Part shown: positions 1-14,135 of the stretch, piece after piece
Layout of the letters: each line of letters opens with the position of its first letter
Numbering within the stretch: position 1 is the first letter of the stretch
NCBI GenBank assembly: GCA_964016885.1
Contig: OZ024740.1
Span: forward strand, 14,260,001 to 14,324,000
Reading direction: 5' to 3'
Length of the DNA stretch: 64,000 nt
From: Eledone cirrhosa
Lineage: Eukaryota
Program-made: the position numbers and the translations under genes
Notes under the pieces: model-generated
Database searches by the model: none
Told to the model about the DNA's origin: nothing
The model's input: the letters and a program-made list of their open reading frames with translations, nothing else

Positions 1-3000
1 TAAGCAAGTATTGCACCAGAGTACTCAATAATTAGGGTATTGGAGTGGATATATAATATAAGCAAGTATTGCACCAGAGTACTCAATACTTAGGGTAGTG
101 GAGTGGATATATAATATAAGCAAGTATTGCACCTGAGTACTCAATATTTAGGGTAGTGGAGTGGATATATAATATAAGCAAGGATTGCACCAGAGTACTC
201 AATAATTAGGGTAGTGGAGTGGATATATAATATAGCAAGTATTGCACCAGAGTACTCAATACTTAGGGTAGTGGAGTGGATATATAATATAAGCAAGTAT
301 TGCAACTGAGTACTCAATATTTAGGGTAGTGGAGTGGATATATAATATAAGCAAGGATTGCACCAGAGTACTCAATACTTAGGGTAGTGGAGTGGATATA
401 TAATATAAGCAAGTATTGCACCAGAGTACTCAATACCTAGGGTAGTGGAGTGGATATATAATATAAGCAAGTATTGCACCAGAGTACTCAATACTTAGGG
501 TAGTGGAGTGGATATATAATATAAGCAAGTATTGCACCAGAGTACTCAATACTTAGGGTAGTGGAGTGGATATATAATATAAGCAAGTATTGCACCAGTT
601 TACTCAATATTTAGGGTAGTGGAGTGGATATATAATATAAGCAAGTATTGCACCTGAGTACTCAATATTTAGGGTAGTGGAGTGGATATATAATATAAGC
701 AAGGATTGCACCAGAGTACTCAATAATTAGGGTAGTGGAGTGGATATATAATATAAGCAAGTATTGCACCAGAGTACTCAATACTTAGGGTAGTGGAGTG
801 GATATATAATATAAGCAAGTATTGCACCTGAGTACTCAATATTTAGGGTAGTGGAGTGGATATATAATATAAGCAAGGATTGCACCAGAGTACTCAATAC
901 TTAGGGTAGTGGAGTGGATATATAATATGAGCAAGTATTGCACCAGAGTACTCAAAACTTACGGTAGTGGAGTGGATATATAATATAAGCAAGTATTGCA
1001 CCAGAGTACTCAATATTTAGGGTAGTGGAGTGGATATATAATATAAGTAAGTATTGCACCAGGGTACTCAATATTTAAGGTAGTGGAGTGGATATATAAT
1101 ATAAGCAAGTATTGCACCAGAGTACTCAATATTTAGCGTAGTGGAGTGTATATATTATTTAAGCAAGTATTGCACTAGAGTACTCAATATTTAGTGTAGT
1201 GGAGTGGATATATAATATAAGCAAGTATTGCACCAGAGTACTCAATATTTAGGGTAGTGGAGTGGATATATAATATAAGCAAGTATTGCACTAGAGTACT
1301 CAATATTTAGGGTAGTGGAGTGGATATATAATATAAGCAAGTATTGCACTAGAGTACTCAATATTTAGGGTAGTGGAGTGGATATATAATATAAGCAAGT
1401 ATTGCACTAGAGTACTCAATACTTAGGGTAGTGGAGTGGATATATAATATAGGCAAGTATTGCACCAGAGTACTCAATTCTTAGGGTAGTGGAGTGGATA
1501 TATAATATAAGCAAGTATTGCACCAGAGTACTCAATATTTAGGGTAGTGGAGTGGATATATAAGATAAGCAAGTATTGCACTAGAGTACTCAATATTTAG
1601 GGTAGAGGAGTGGATATATAAGATTAGCAAGTATTGCACCAGAGTACTCAATATTTAGGGTTGTGGAGTGGATATATAATTTAAGCAAGTATTGCCCCAG
1701 ACTAATAAATATTTAGGGTAGTGTAGTGCATATATAATATAAGCAAGTATTGCACCAGAGTACTCAATACTTACGGTAGTGGAGTGGATATATAATATAA
1801 GCAAGTATTGCACCAGAGTACTCAATACTTAGGGTAGTGGAGTGGATATATAATATGAGCAAGTACTGCACCAGAGTACTCAATATTTAGGGTAGTGGAG
1901 TGGATATATAATATAAGCAAGTATGGACACCAGAGTACTCAATACTTAGGGTAGTGGAGTGGATATATAATATAAGCAAGTATTGCACCTGAGTACTCAA
2001 TATTTAGGGTAGTGGAGTGGATATATAATATAAGCAAGTATTGCACCAGAGTACTCAATATTTAGGGTAGTGGAGTGGATATATAATATAAGCAAGTATT
2101 GCACCAGAGTACTCAATACTTACGGTAGTGGAGTGGATATATAATATAAGCAAGTATTGCACCAGAGTACTCAATACTTAGGGTAGTGGAGTGGATATAT
2201 AATATAAGCAAGTATTGCACCAGAGTACTCAATAATTAGGGTAGTGGATTGGATATATAATATAAGCAAGTATTGCACCAGAGTACTCAATATTTAGGGT
2301 AGTGGAGTGGATATATAATATAAGCAAGTATTGCACCAGAGTACTCAATAATTAGGGTAGTGGATTGGATATATAATATAAGCAAGTATTGCACCAGAGT
2401 ACTCAATATTTAGGGTAGTGGAGTGGATATATAATATAAGCAAGTATTGCACCAGAGTACTCAATACTTACGGTAGTGGAGTGGATATATAATATAAGCA
2501 AGTATTGCACCAGAGTACTCAATACTTCCGGTAGTGGAGTGGATATATAATATAAGCAAGTATTGCACCAGAGTACTCAATACTTAGGGTAGTGGAGTGG
2601 ATGTATAATATAAGCAAGTATTGCACCAGAGTACTCAATATTTAGGGTAGTGGAGTGGATATATAATATAAGCAAGTATTGCACCAGAGTACTCAATAAT
2701 TAGGGTAGTGGAGTGGATATATAATATAAGCAAGTATTGCACCAGAGTACTCAATAATTAGGGTAGTGGATTGGATATATAATATAAGCAAGTATTGCAC
2801 CAGAGTACTCAATATTTAGGGTAGTGGAGTGGATATATAATATAAGCAAGTATTGCACCAGAGTACTCAATAATTAGGGCAGTGGATTGGATATATAATA
2901 TAAGCAAGTATTGCACCAGAGTACTCAATATTTAGGGTAGTGGAGTGGATATATAATATAAGCAAGTATTGCACCAGAGTACTCAATAATTAGGGTAGTG

Positions 3001-6000
3001 GAGTGGATATATAATATAAGCAAGTATTGCACCAGAGTACTCAATAATTAGGGTATTGGAGTGGATATATAATATAAGCAAGTATTGCACCAGAGTACTC
3101 AATACTTAGGGTAGTGGAGTGGATATATAATATAAGCAAGGATTGCACCAGAGTACTCAATAATTAGGGTAGTGGAGTGGATATATAATATAGCAAGTAT
3201 TGCACCAGAGTACTCAATACTTAGGGTAGTGGAGTGGATATATAATATAAGCAAGTATTGCAACTGAGTACTCAATATTTAGGGTAGTGGAGTGGATATA
3301 TAATATAAGCAAGGATTGCACCAGAGTACTCAATACTTAGGGTAGTGGAGTGGATATATAATATAAGCAAGTATTGCACCAGAGTACTCAATACCTAGGG
3401 TAGTGGAGTGGATATATAATATAAGCAAGTATTGCACCAGAGTACTCAATACTTAGGGTAGTGGAGTGGATATATAATATAAGCAAGTATTGCACCAGAG
3501 TACTCAATACTTAGGGTAGTGGAGTGGATATATAATATAAGCAAGTATTGCACCAGTTTACTCAATATTTAGGGTAGTGGAATGGATATATAATATGAGC
3601 AAGTATTGCACCAGAGTACTCAATACTTAGGGTAGTGGAGTGGATATATAATATAAGCAAGTATTGCACCAGAGTACTCAATACTTAGGGTAGTGGAGTG
3701 GATATATAATGTAAGCAAGTATTGCACTAGAATACTCAATACTTAGGTTAGTGGTGTGGATATATAATATAAGCAAGGATTGCACCAGAGTACTCAATAA
3801 TTAGGGTAGTGGAGTGGATATATAATATAAGTAAGTATTGCACCAGAGTACTCAATATTTAGGGTAGTGGAGTGGATATATAATATAAGCAAGTATTGCA
3901 CCAGAGTACTCAATACTTACGATAGTGGAGTGGATATATAATATAAGCAAATATTGCACCAGAGTACTCAATCCTTAGGTTTGTGGAGTGGATATATAAT
4001 ATAAGCAAGTTTTGCACCAGATTACTCAAAATTTACGGTAGTGGTGTGGATATATAATATAAGTAAGTATTGCACCAGAGTACTCAATACTTAGGGTAGT
4101 GGAGTGGATATATAATATAAGCAAGTATTGCACCAGAGTACTCAATATTTGGGTAGTGGAGTGTATATATAATATAAGCAAGTATTGCACTAGAGTACTC
4201 AATATTTAGGGTAGTGGAGTGGATATATAATATAAGCAAGTATTGCACCTGAGTACTCAATATTTAGTGTAGTGGAGTGGATATATTATATAAGCAAGTA
4301 TTGCACCAGAGTACTCAATATTTGGGTAGTGGAGTGTATATATAATATAAGCAAGTATTGCACTAGAGTACTCAATATTTAGGGTAGTGGAGTGGATATA
4401 TAATATAAGCAAGTATTGCACCTGAGTACTCAATATTTAGTGTAGTGGAGTGGATATATAATATAAGCAAGTATTGCACTAGATTACTCAATACTTAGGG
4501 TAGTGGAGTGGATATATAATATAAGCAATTATTGCACTAGAGAACTCCATATTTAGGGTAGTGGAGTGGATATATAATATAAGCAAATATTGCACCAGAG
4601 TACTCAATACTTAGGGTAGTGGAGTGGATATATAATATTAGCAAGTATTGCACCAGAGTACTCAATATTTAGTGTAGTAGAGTCGATATATAATATAAGC
4701 AAGTATTGCACCAGAGTACTCAATACTTAGGGTAGTGGAGTGGATATATATTATAAGCAAGTATTGCACCAGAGTACTCAATATTTAGGGTAGTGGAGTG
4801 GATATATAATATAAGCAAGTTTTGCACCAGAGTACTCAATATTTAGGGTAGTGGAGTGGATATATAATATAAGCAAGTATTGCACCAGAGTACTCGATAC
4901 TAAGGGTAGTGGAGTGGATATATAATATAAGCAAGTATTGCACCAGAGTACTCAATATTTAGGGTAGTGGAGTGGATATATAATATAAGCAAGTATTACA
5001 CCAGAGTACTCAATAATTAGGGTAGTGGAGTGGATATATAATATAAGCAAGTATTGCACCAGAGTACTCAGTATTTAGGGTAGTGGAGTGGATATATAAT
5101 ATAGGCAAGTATTGCACTAGAGTACTCAATATTTAGGGTAGTGGAGGGGATATATAATATAGGCAAGTATTGCACTAGAGTACTCAATAATTAGGGTAGT
5201 TGAGTGGATATATAATATAAGCAAGTATTGCACCAGATTACTCAATACTTAGGGTATTGGAGTGGATATATAATAAAAGCAAGTATTGCACTAGAGTACT
5301 CAATATTTAGTGTAGTGGAGTGGATATATAATATAAGCATGTATTGCACCAGAGTACTCAATATTTAGGGTAGTGGAGTGGATATATAATATAAGCAAGT
5401 ATTGTACTAGAGTACTCAATATTTAGGGTAGTGGAGTGGATATATAATATAAGCACGTATTGCACTAGTGTACTCAATATTTAGGGTAGTTGAGTGGATA
5501 TATAATATAAGCAAGTATTGCACCAGAGTACTCAATACTTAGGGTAGTGGAGTGGATATATAATATAAGGAAGTATAGCACCAGATTACTCAATATTTAG
5601 GGTAGTGGAGTGGATATATAATATAAGCAAGTATTGCACCAGATTACTCAATACTTAGGGTAGTGGAGTGGATATATAATATAAGCAAGTATTGCACCAG
5701 ATTACTCAATACTTAGTGTAGTGGAGTGGATATATAATAAAAGAAAGTATTGCACTAGAGTACTCAATATTTAGGGTAGTGGAGTGGATATATAATATAA
5801 GCAAGTATTGCACTAGAGTACTCAATATTTAGGGTAGGGAGTGGATATATAATATAAGCAAGTATTGCACCAGAGTACTCAATATTTAGGGTAGTGGAGT
5901 GGATATATAATATAAGCAATTATTGCACTAGAGTACTCAATATTTAGGGTAGTGAAGTGGATATATAATATAAGCAAGTATTGCACCAGAGAACTCAATA

Positions 6001-9000
6001 CTTAGGGTAGTGGAGTGGATATATAATATAAGCAAGTATTGCACCAGAGTACTCAATACTTAGGGTAGTGGAGTGGATATATAAACTAAGCAAGTATTGC
6101 AGCAGAGTACTCAATATTTAGGGTAGTGGAGAGGATATAAATTATAAGCAAGTATTGCACAAGAGTACTCAATATTTAGGGTAGTGGAGTGGACATATAA
6201 TATAAGCAAGTATTGCACTAGAGTACTCAATATTTAAGGTAGTGGAGTGGATATATAATATAAGCAAGTATTGCACCAGAATACTCAATATTTAGGGTAG
6301 TGTAGTGGATATATAATATATGCAAGCATTGCACCAGAGTACTCAATACTTAGGTTAGTGGAGTGGATATATAATATAAGCAAGTATTGCACCAGAGTAC
6401 TCAATAATTAGGGGAGTGGATATATAATATAAGCAATTATTGCACCAGAGTACTCAATATTTAGCGTAGTGGAGTGGATATATAATATAAGCAAGTATTG
6501 CACTAGAGTACTCAATATTTAGGGTAGTGGAGTGGATATATAATATAAGCAAGTATTGCACCAGAGTACTCAATACTTAGAGTAGTGGAGTGGATATATA
6601 ATATGAGCAAGTATTGCACCAGAGTACTCAATACTTAGGGTAGTGGAGTGGATATATAATATAAGCAAGTATTGCACCAGAGTACTCAATACTTAGGGTA
6701 GTGGAGTGGATATATAATATAAGCAAGTATTGCACCAGAGTACTCGATACTTAGGGTAGTGGAGTGGATATATAATATAAGCAAGTATTGCACCAGAGTA
6801 CTCAATATTTAGGGTAGTGGCGTGGATATATAATATAAGCAAGTATTGCACCAGAGTACTCAATATTTAGGGTAGTGGATATATAATATAAGCAAGTATT
6901 GCACCAGAGTACTCAATATTTAGGGTAGTGGATATATAATATAAGCAAGTATTGCACCAGAGTACTCAATATTTAGGGTAGTGGATATATAATATAAGCA
7001 AGTATTGCACCAGAGTACTCAATATTTAGGGTAGTGGATATATAATATAAGCAAGTATTGCACCAGAATACTCAATATTTAGGGTAGTGGAGTGGATCTA
7101 TAATATAAGCAAGTATTGCACCAGAGTACTCAATATTTAGGGTAGTGGAGTGGATATATAATATAAGCAAGTATTGCACTAGAGTACTCAATATTTAGGG
7201 TAGTGGAGGGATTTATATTATAAGCAAGTATTGCACCAGCGTACTCAATATTTAGGGTAGTGGAGTAGATATATAATATAAGCAAGTATTGCACCAGAGT
7301 ACTCAATATTTAGGGTAGTGGAGTGGATATATAATATAAGCAAGTATTGCACTAGAGTACTCAATATTTAGGGTAGGAAGTGGGTATATAATATAAGCAA
7401 GTATTGCACCAGAGTACTCAATATTTAGGGTAGTGGAGTGGATATATAATATAAGCAAGTATTGCACTAGAGTACTCAATATTTAGGGTAGGAAGTGGGT
7501 ATATAATATAAGCAAGTATTGCACCAGAGTACTCAATATTTAGGGTAGTGGAGTGGATATATAATATGAGCAAGTATTGCACCAGAGTACTCAATATTTA
7601 GGGTAGTGGAGTGGATATATAATATAAGCAAGTATTGCACTAGAGTACTCAATATTTAGGGTAGGGAGTGGGTATATAATATAAGCAAGTATTGCACCAG
7701 AGTACTCAATATTTAGGGTAGTGGAGTGGATATATAATATGAGCAAGTATTGCACCAGAGTACTCAATACTTAGGGTAGTGGAGTGGATATATAATATAA
7801 GCAAGTATTGCACCAGAGTACTCGATACTTAGGCTAGTGGAGTGGATATATAATATAAGCAAGTATTGCACCAGAGTACTCAATATTTATGGTAGTGGAG
7901 TGGATATATAATTTAAGCAAGTATTGCACCAGAGTACTCAATTCCTAGGGTAGTGGAGTGGATATATAATATAAGCAAGTATTGCACTAGAGTACTCAAT
8001 ATTTAGGGTATTGGAGTGGATATATAATATAAGCAAGTATTGCACTAGAGTACTCAATACTTAGGGTAGTGGAGTGGATATATAATATAAGCAAGTATTG
8101 CACCAGATTACTCAATATTTAGGGTAGAGGAGTGGATATATAATATAGGCAAGTATTGCACCAGAGTACTCAATATTTAGGGTAGTGTAGTGGATATATA
8201 ATATAAGCAAGTATTGCACCAGATTACTCAATATTTAGGGTAGTGGAGTGGATATATAATATAAGCAAGTATTGCACCAGAGTACTCAATAGTTAGGGTA
8301 GTGGAGTGGATATATAATATAAGCAAGTATTGCACCAGTGTACTCGATACTTAGGGTAGTGGAGTGGATATATAATATAAGCAAGTATTGCACTAGAGTA
8401 CTCAATATTTAGGGTAGTGGAGTAGATATATAATATAAGCAAGTATTGCACCAGAGTACTCTATACTTAGGGTAGTGGAGTGGATATATAATATAAGCAA
8501 GTATTGCACCAGAGTACTCAATACTTAGGGTAGTGGAGTGGAAATATAATATAAGCAAGTATTGCACCAGAGTACTCAATACTTAGGGTAGTGGAGTGGA
8601 TATATAATATAAGCAAGTATTGCACCAGAGTACTCAATACCTAGGGTAGTGGAGTGGATATATAATATAAGCAAGTATTGCACCAGAGTACTCAATCCTT
8701 AGGTTTGTGGAGTGGATATATAATATAAGCAAGTTTTGCACCAGATTACTCAATATTTACGGTAGTGGAGTGGATATATAATATAAGCAAGTATTGCACC
8801 AGAGTACTCAATACTTAGGGTAGTGGAGTGGATATATAATATAAGCAAGTATTGCACCAGAGTACTCAATATTTGGGTAGTGGAGTGTATATATAATATA
8901 AGCAAGTATTGCACTAGAGTACTCAATATTTAGGGTAGTGGAGTGGATATATAATATAAGCAAGTATTGCACCTGAGTACTCAATATTTAGTGTAGTGGA

Positions 9001-9612
9001 GTGGATATATTATATAAGCAAGTATTGCACTAGATTACTCAATACTTAGTGTAGTGGAGTGGATATATTATATAAGCAAGTATTGCACTAGATTACTCAA
9101 TACTTAGGGTAGTGGAGTGGGTATATAATATAAGCAATTATTGCACTAGAGTACTCCATATTTAGGGTAGTGGAGTGGATATATAATATAAGCAAATATT
9201 GCACCAGAGTACTCAATACTTAGGGTAGTGGAGTGGATATATAATATTAGCAAGTATTGCACCAGAGTACTCAATATTTAGGGTAGTAGTGTCGATATAT
9301 AATATAAGCAAGTATTGCACCAGAGTACTCAATACTTAGGGTAGTGGAGTGGATATATATTATAAGCAAGTATTGCACCAGAGTACTCAATATTTAGGGT
9401 AGTGGAGTGGATATATAATATAAGCAAGTTTTGCACCAGAGTACTCAATATTTAGGGTAGTGGAGTGGATATATAATATAAGCAAGTATTGCACCAGAGT
9501 ACTCGATACTAAGGGTAGTGGAGTGGATATATAATATAAGCAAGTATTGCACCAGAGTACTCAATATTTAGGGTAGTGGAGTGGATATATAATATAAGCA
9601 AGTATTGCACCA
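1..9612. repeat. 58-bp tandem satellite, about 165 copies, running off the left edge
   Basis: Unit TAAGCAAGTATTGCACCAGAGTACTCAATA(C/T/A)TTAGGGTAGTGGAGTGGATATATAATA recurs every 58 bp with few substitutions. A run of 53-bp deletion variants lies near 6850-7050. The array ends abruptly at 9612. Confidence 0.98.
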
Positions 9613-9975
9613 AGAAAAATATAAACACCGGCAAGAAATGAGATTAGGAGTTATTTGCTTTAACATATGTTTCTTTGTCTATTATAATTGTCTACATATG
9701 CTGACAACAATATATATTGTTCAATCATATGTAATACTTAATTATTTATTACACTTCACCAGAAAGCCTATAATTATGGAAGTGACTATTCACTACGCGG
9801 TAGTATTCAGGAATGGGATTTTCGTTTAAGAAAATACAAATGAATCAAAATAACAATAAAAATAGAATAAAATGCAATGTGATAGTAGAGAGACTTATAT
9901 ATATATATACAGGGGTAGAACACTGGAAGGTAATATCCGTAGTGGTAGAGCACTCACTCCATGGGACGAGTTAGG

Positions 9976-10115
9976 TAGAAGTGGTTACACAACAGTTAGT
10001 TCACCATACCGAGAACAATTGTTTCACCTTAGCGGATCCTAAGCTCGTAATGGTGAGGTTCCGCTAAGGTGAAACAATTGTTCTTGGTATGGTGAACTAA
10101 CTGTTGTGTAAACAC

Positions 10116-10120
<5 letters not shown>
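9976..10120. repeat. Fold-back inverted repeat (about 61-bp arms) carrying a hammerhead 3' half
   Basis: 9976-10036 is the near-exact reverse complement of 10060-10120 with a 23-nt spacer. The arms contain GAAA-CAATTG-TT, a palindromic stem III motif. Confidence 0.85.
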
Positions 10121-10161
<41 letters not shown>

Positions 10162-10331
10162 ATTTATTGTTGTTGTAGTATGGCCATACGCCTGTGGTCC
10201 TTTTCCTTGGCGTTACAATTTCTGACCTTTGTGTTCAATCTGGACGAATATAATAACATTTCGCAATATGTGTGCTTTATGACTGCATCAAACAATCAAT
10301 TGGCATCTGCTATGCTGCGGCTACAACTTCG

Positions 10332-10385
<54 letters not shown>

Positions 10386-10420
10386 ATATAAGATCAAAAG
10401 ATGGTTAAAAGAGTTCCATG

Positions 10421-10491
10421 TATTTTATTATGCGCATTTCAAAGACAAATATCATCATGGGATGATATTTGCGTTCTCATCAGATAAAATA
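10421..10491 (-). ncRNA. Minimal type I hammerhead ribozyme (Penelope-like pLTR type)
   Basis: Minus strand reads TATTTTAT-CTGATGA-gaac GCAAATATCATC ccat GATGATATTTGT cttt-GAAA-TGCGCA-TA-ATAAAATA. This gives a perfect 8-bp stem I, intact core, stem II hairpin and palindromic stem III. Confidence 0.85.
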
Positions 10492-10613
10492 GGGAGACAT
10501 GATATGAAGCTTAAAAAACACTTGCGAGCAGTGAAGTGTTAAATCTACATATACGTATATATATATATATAAGTGTTAAATCTACATATATATATATATA
10601 TATAATTCGAAGT

Positions 10614-11204
10614 ACTAGCCACTACACAGCCAATCCTATTCTCCATATACTTTATCCTGTTTCGCTCTGACCCGTCTTTTCTCTCCCTCTACCTACTTAT
10701 TTCGTTACTATCTATTCTTGCCCCTCTTTCTTCCTCTCCATTTCTCCCTCCCACTTTTACTCACCCTCTCTCTGCCAGTCATCTCATTTTTTCCCTCGCC
10801 TGACCATCTAGCAGTCCTTTTCTCACTTACACTCGCTGGGGTCAGTCGTGTCTTTTCTTTCGCCCACATGCTCTTGAACTTAAGTTTTGTTACCGCTGTG
10901 GTCTTCAATTTTCTTACCTTAATTTGCTCGCACATTCCTCGTTCTGTTGTTTTTTTTCGCTGTTTTTTTCCTTTCTTCCCTTTTTCCCTTTTCCCTTCCC
11001 TCTTTCGTTTTCCCAATAACTTACCCCCAGTTATTGAACGCTCTGAGGGTAGATATATTGTCTTTAAAGCGTTGAAATATCCGAGCTCCCCAGTCGACAA
11101 TTGATGAGGAACCCCCCTCCCCCACCCCCTTTCTTGGTTTCTTCTTATTCTCATTCCATTTTAAGCCTAACTTAACTAGCAACTACACATCCAATCCTAT
11201 TCTC
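10614..11204. mobile_element. Pyrimidine-rich non-coding unit with about 30-bp terminal direct repeat (partial tandem, 561-bp period)
   Basis: ACTAGC(C/A)ACTACACA(G/T)CCAATCCTATTCTC occurs at 10614 and 11175. There is an internal hairpin followed by GAAATATC, and microsatellites flank the unit. Confidence 0.5.
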
Positions 11205-11216
11205 TCTCTCTCTCTC

Positions 11217-11331
<115 letters not shown>

Positions 11332-11605
11332 AAATATGTCCATAGAATCATTTGATAAAATATATACCGTTTCCTCTCCCAATTAGCATAATTAACCACA
11401 TAAAAATCAATTAGACCAGGCTATAAGAATAAAGGTTCCTATGTAGAAATATTTGATAAATAAACGACAGCAGCCTCTTCGCGGGTGACCGCAACAGAAT
11501 ATTTACCCAACATTTCAACAGCATGTCGAAACTGACTAAATATACCGTCAACATTTAGGTATAAATTTAAAGTTAGAAGAAATGAGTATATTCTTACCGT
11601 GATTA

Positions 11606-11685
11606 TATCTCTACCCTGGGTTTCGTTCGCGTCTTGAGATATCCTATTAAGGATAAATCTCGAGTATCGAACTCATCAGGAGATA
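11606..11685 (-). ncRNA. Type I hammerhead ribozyme with extended stem II
   Basis: Minus strand reads TATCTC-CTGATGA-GTTCG...(GAGAT..ATCCT/AGGAT ATCTC)...CGAAC-GAAA-CCCAGGG-TA-GAGATA. All core positions are intact and three helices pair. Confidence 0.85.
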
Positions 11686-12496
11686 AACTCATAGGACAGT
11701 TAATTTTCCAAAGCGATTCCCACCAAAAATAGATTAAAAAATGGCTAAGAATCGTAACGTGGCAGTGGTCAAGTTAGAAAGAATGTGATTAGTTGCTTAC
11801 GGCGAGTAGGCTGGTTGCTAGAAAGCGCAGCCCAATATTGTCCGAATTGCATCTCAACCTACTGGGAGATTATTAAATATAAAGATTTACATATACACAA
11901 AGTCACAGATATATATGTGGCAACCATTCACGGTGTGGCTCAATGAAGAATATATATATATATATATATATATAGTTATGGAAGCAGATAAATACGATTA
12001 AAAAAAAATATTTTTTTTATATATTGAGAACCTTTTGCTAGTAACTTATTCATTATTTTGAAAATTTGGAGGTGAATAACAGTTATTATCGAGTGGCTGC
12101 TATTTGCAGTATAGCGATATAAGGTTGCGCTTGCCAATGAAACGGTCGTAAATACCTGGATAAAATCCTTTTTTTAATGCTTACCTGTGTTTTCTCATTT
12201 ATTCTTATATATATATATTAACCGTTGGACTTAGTCTATCAATGGTTTAAAGTAAAGAAAACACTTGCAACTCATCAGGTTCATCTTTCATCTGAGAAAT
12301 TACATATATATATGTAATTTCTTATTATTTCTTACGAAATAAACAGTTCTAGTCCTGTAGGAGTCATTTTTATAATAAAATAAATAAATATATATATAGA
12401 GAGAGGGGGACCAATAGAAAGAGAGGAAAGAAAAGTAGGAACAAATATATAAGGGAGAATTGTGTTATAAACCCGAGAGGGAAGAAAGAAAGGGAA

Positions 12497-12527
<31 letters not shown>

Positions 12528-12596
12528 AGAAGAAGAAGAGAGTGAGGGAAACAAAGAGAAATTCTCTCTTTACACCGACCACATCAATATTTGCTG

Positions 12597-13065
<469 letters not shown>

Positions 13066-13394
13066 GGTGGTGGTTGTGCTACCAATCTGTGCAGTGTTAT
13101 TGCTGTATATACTGTGAAGTGGCGCCATTACTGACTAGATGTGAAATCACATGACAGAAACATTGGAAGCCAATAAAACCGCCATTTTGGTAGTTCTATA
13201 AAACCTCACTGACCGTCTTTTATCAGAAAGCTGGCTTCAAACAAACCGTCTATATAAGCCCTTATTTACCAAATAGCATTTATCTTCATCGAAATGAAAT
13301 TAACCCTGTTGAAAGGAATGCCATGACAAAACCTTGAACTTATTCTGAGGCTGAAAAACGGGTTCCTTGAGTTGATAAGTAATTCAATACCACT

Positions 13395-13504
<110 letters not shown>

Positions 13505-13644
13505 CTATATATATATATATATATGTATATATATAGATAGACAGATAGATATGTATGTATATATGTGTGTGTGTGTGTGTATGTATGCATGAATCAATGT
13601 ATGTATGTATACATACATATATATATATGTATGTATACATATAT

Positions 13645-13810
13645 GGGCCCAGCACTATGTGTCAATAATTGTCACAGGTGTAGTGTTTGTACCAGAGTTT
13701 TCAAGTCGCTGGCTGGACTAAAAAGTCACACTCGTTCAGCGCATCGGTAGGGGTTCTCCTACAAGGATATAAAGTAGTGGTCGTACTCGAAAACGAGTTG
13801 GCAGCCACCA
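13645..13810 (+). mobile_element. RTE-type LINE 3' end fragment
   Basis: C-terminal C2H2-like motif CSVCTRVFKSLAGLKSHTRSAHR-stop, then a short 3' UTR with a CTCG-AAAA-CGAG hairpin before (TA)n. Confidence 0.6.
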
Positions 13811-14070
13811 TATATATATATATATTATTCAAAATATTAATAAATTCAAATATATTCAAAATATTAATAAATTCCATTTATTAATATTTGAATAATATTA
13901 ATAACTCCAGAAAACGTTACTGTTGAGTGCTTTTAATCTATTGTAAAACTGTATTCATTGAATAATCAATGAACCTTGTTTATATATATATACACGTATA
14001 CATGTGTGTGTGTATAGATAGATAGATAGATATACATATACATATATATATTTGTATATGGCGCTGGAAT

Positions 14071-14103
<33 letters not shown>

Positions 14104-14135
14104 AATATATGTATGTGTATATATATATATATAGA

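Noticed and set aside
1-9612. CRISPR-like regular repeat array
   Set aside because: Units are contiguous with no unique spacers, there are no cas genes, and the context is eukaryotic.
10708-11154. K/R/E-rich and F/L/S-rich ORFs here and at 16137-17480
   Set aside because: Produced by purine/pyrimidine strand skew, with no domain motifs.
12215-12290. CTGATGA on the minus strand as a hammerhead
   Set aside because: GAAA is absent (TAAA) and stem I does not pair. At most a remnant.
13125-13245. CTGACTA...GAAA (+) and CTGATAA...GAA (-) motifs with hairpins
   Set aside because: Core positions are mutated and helices are inconsistent, too degenerate to call.
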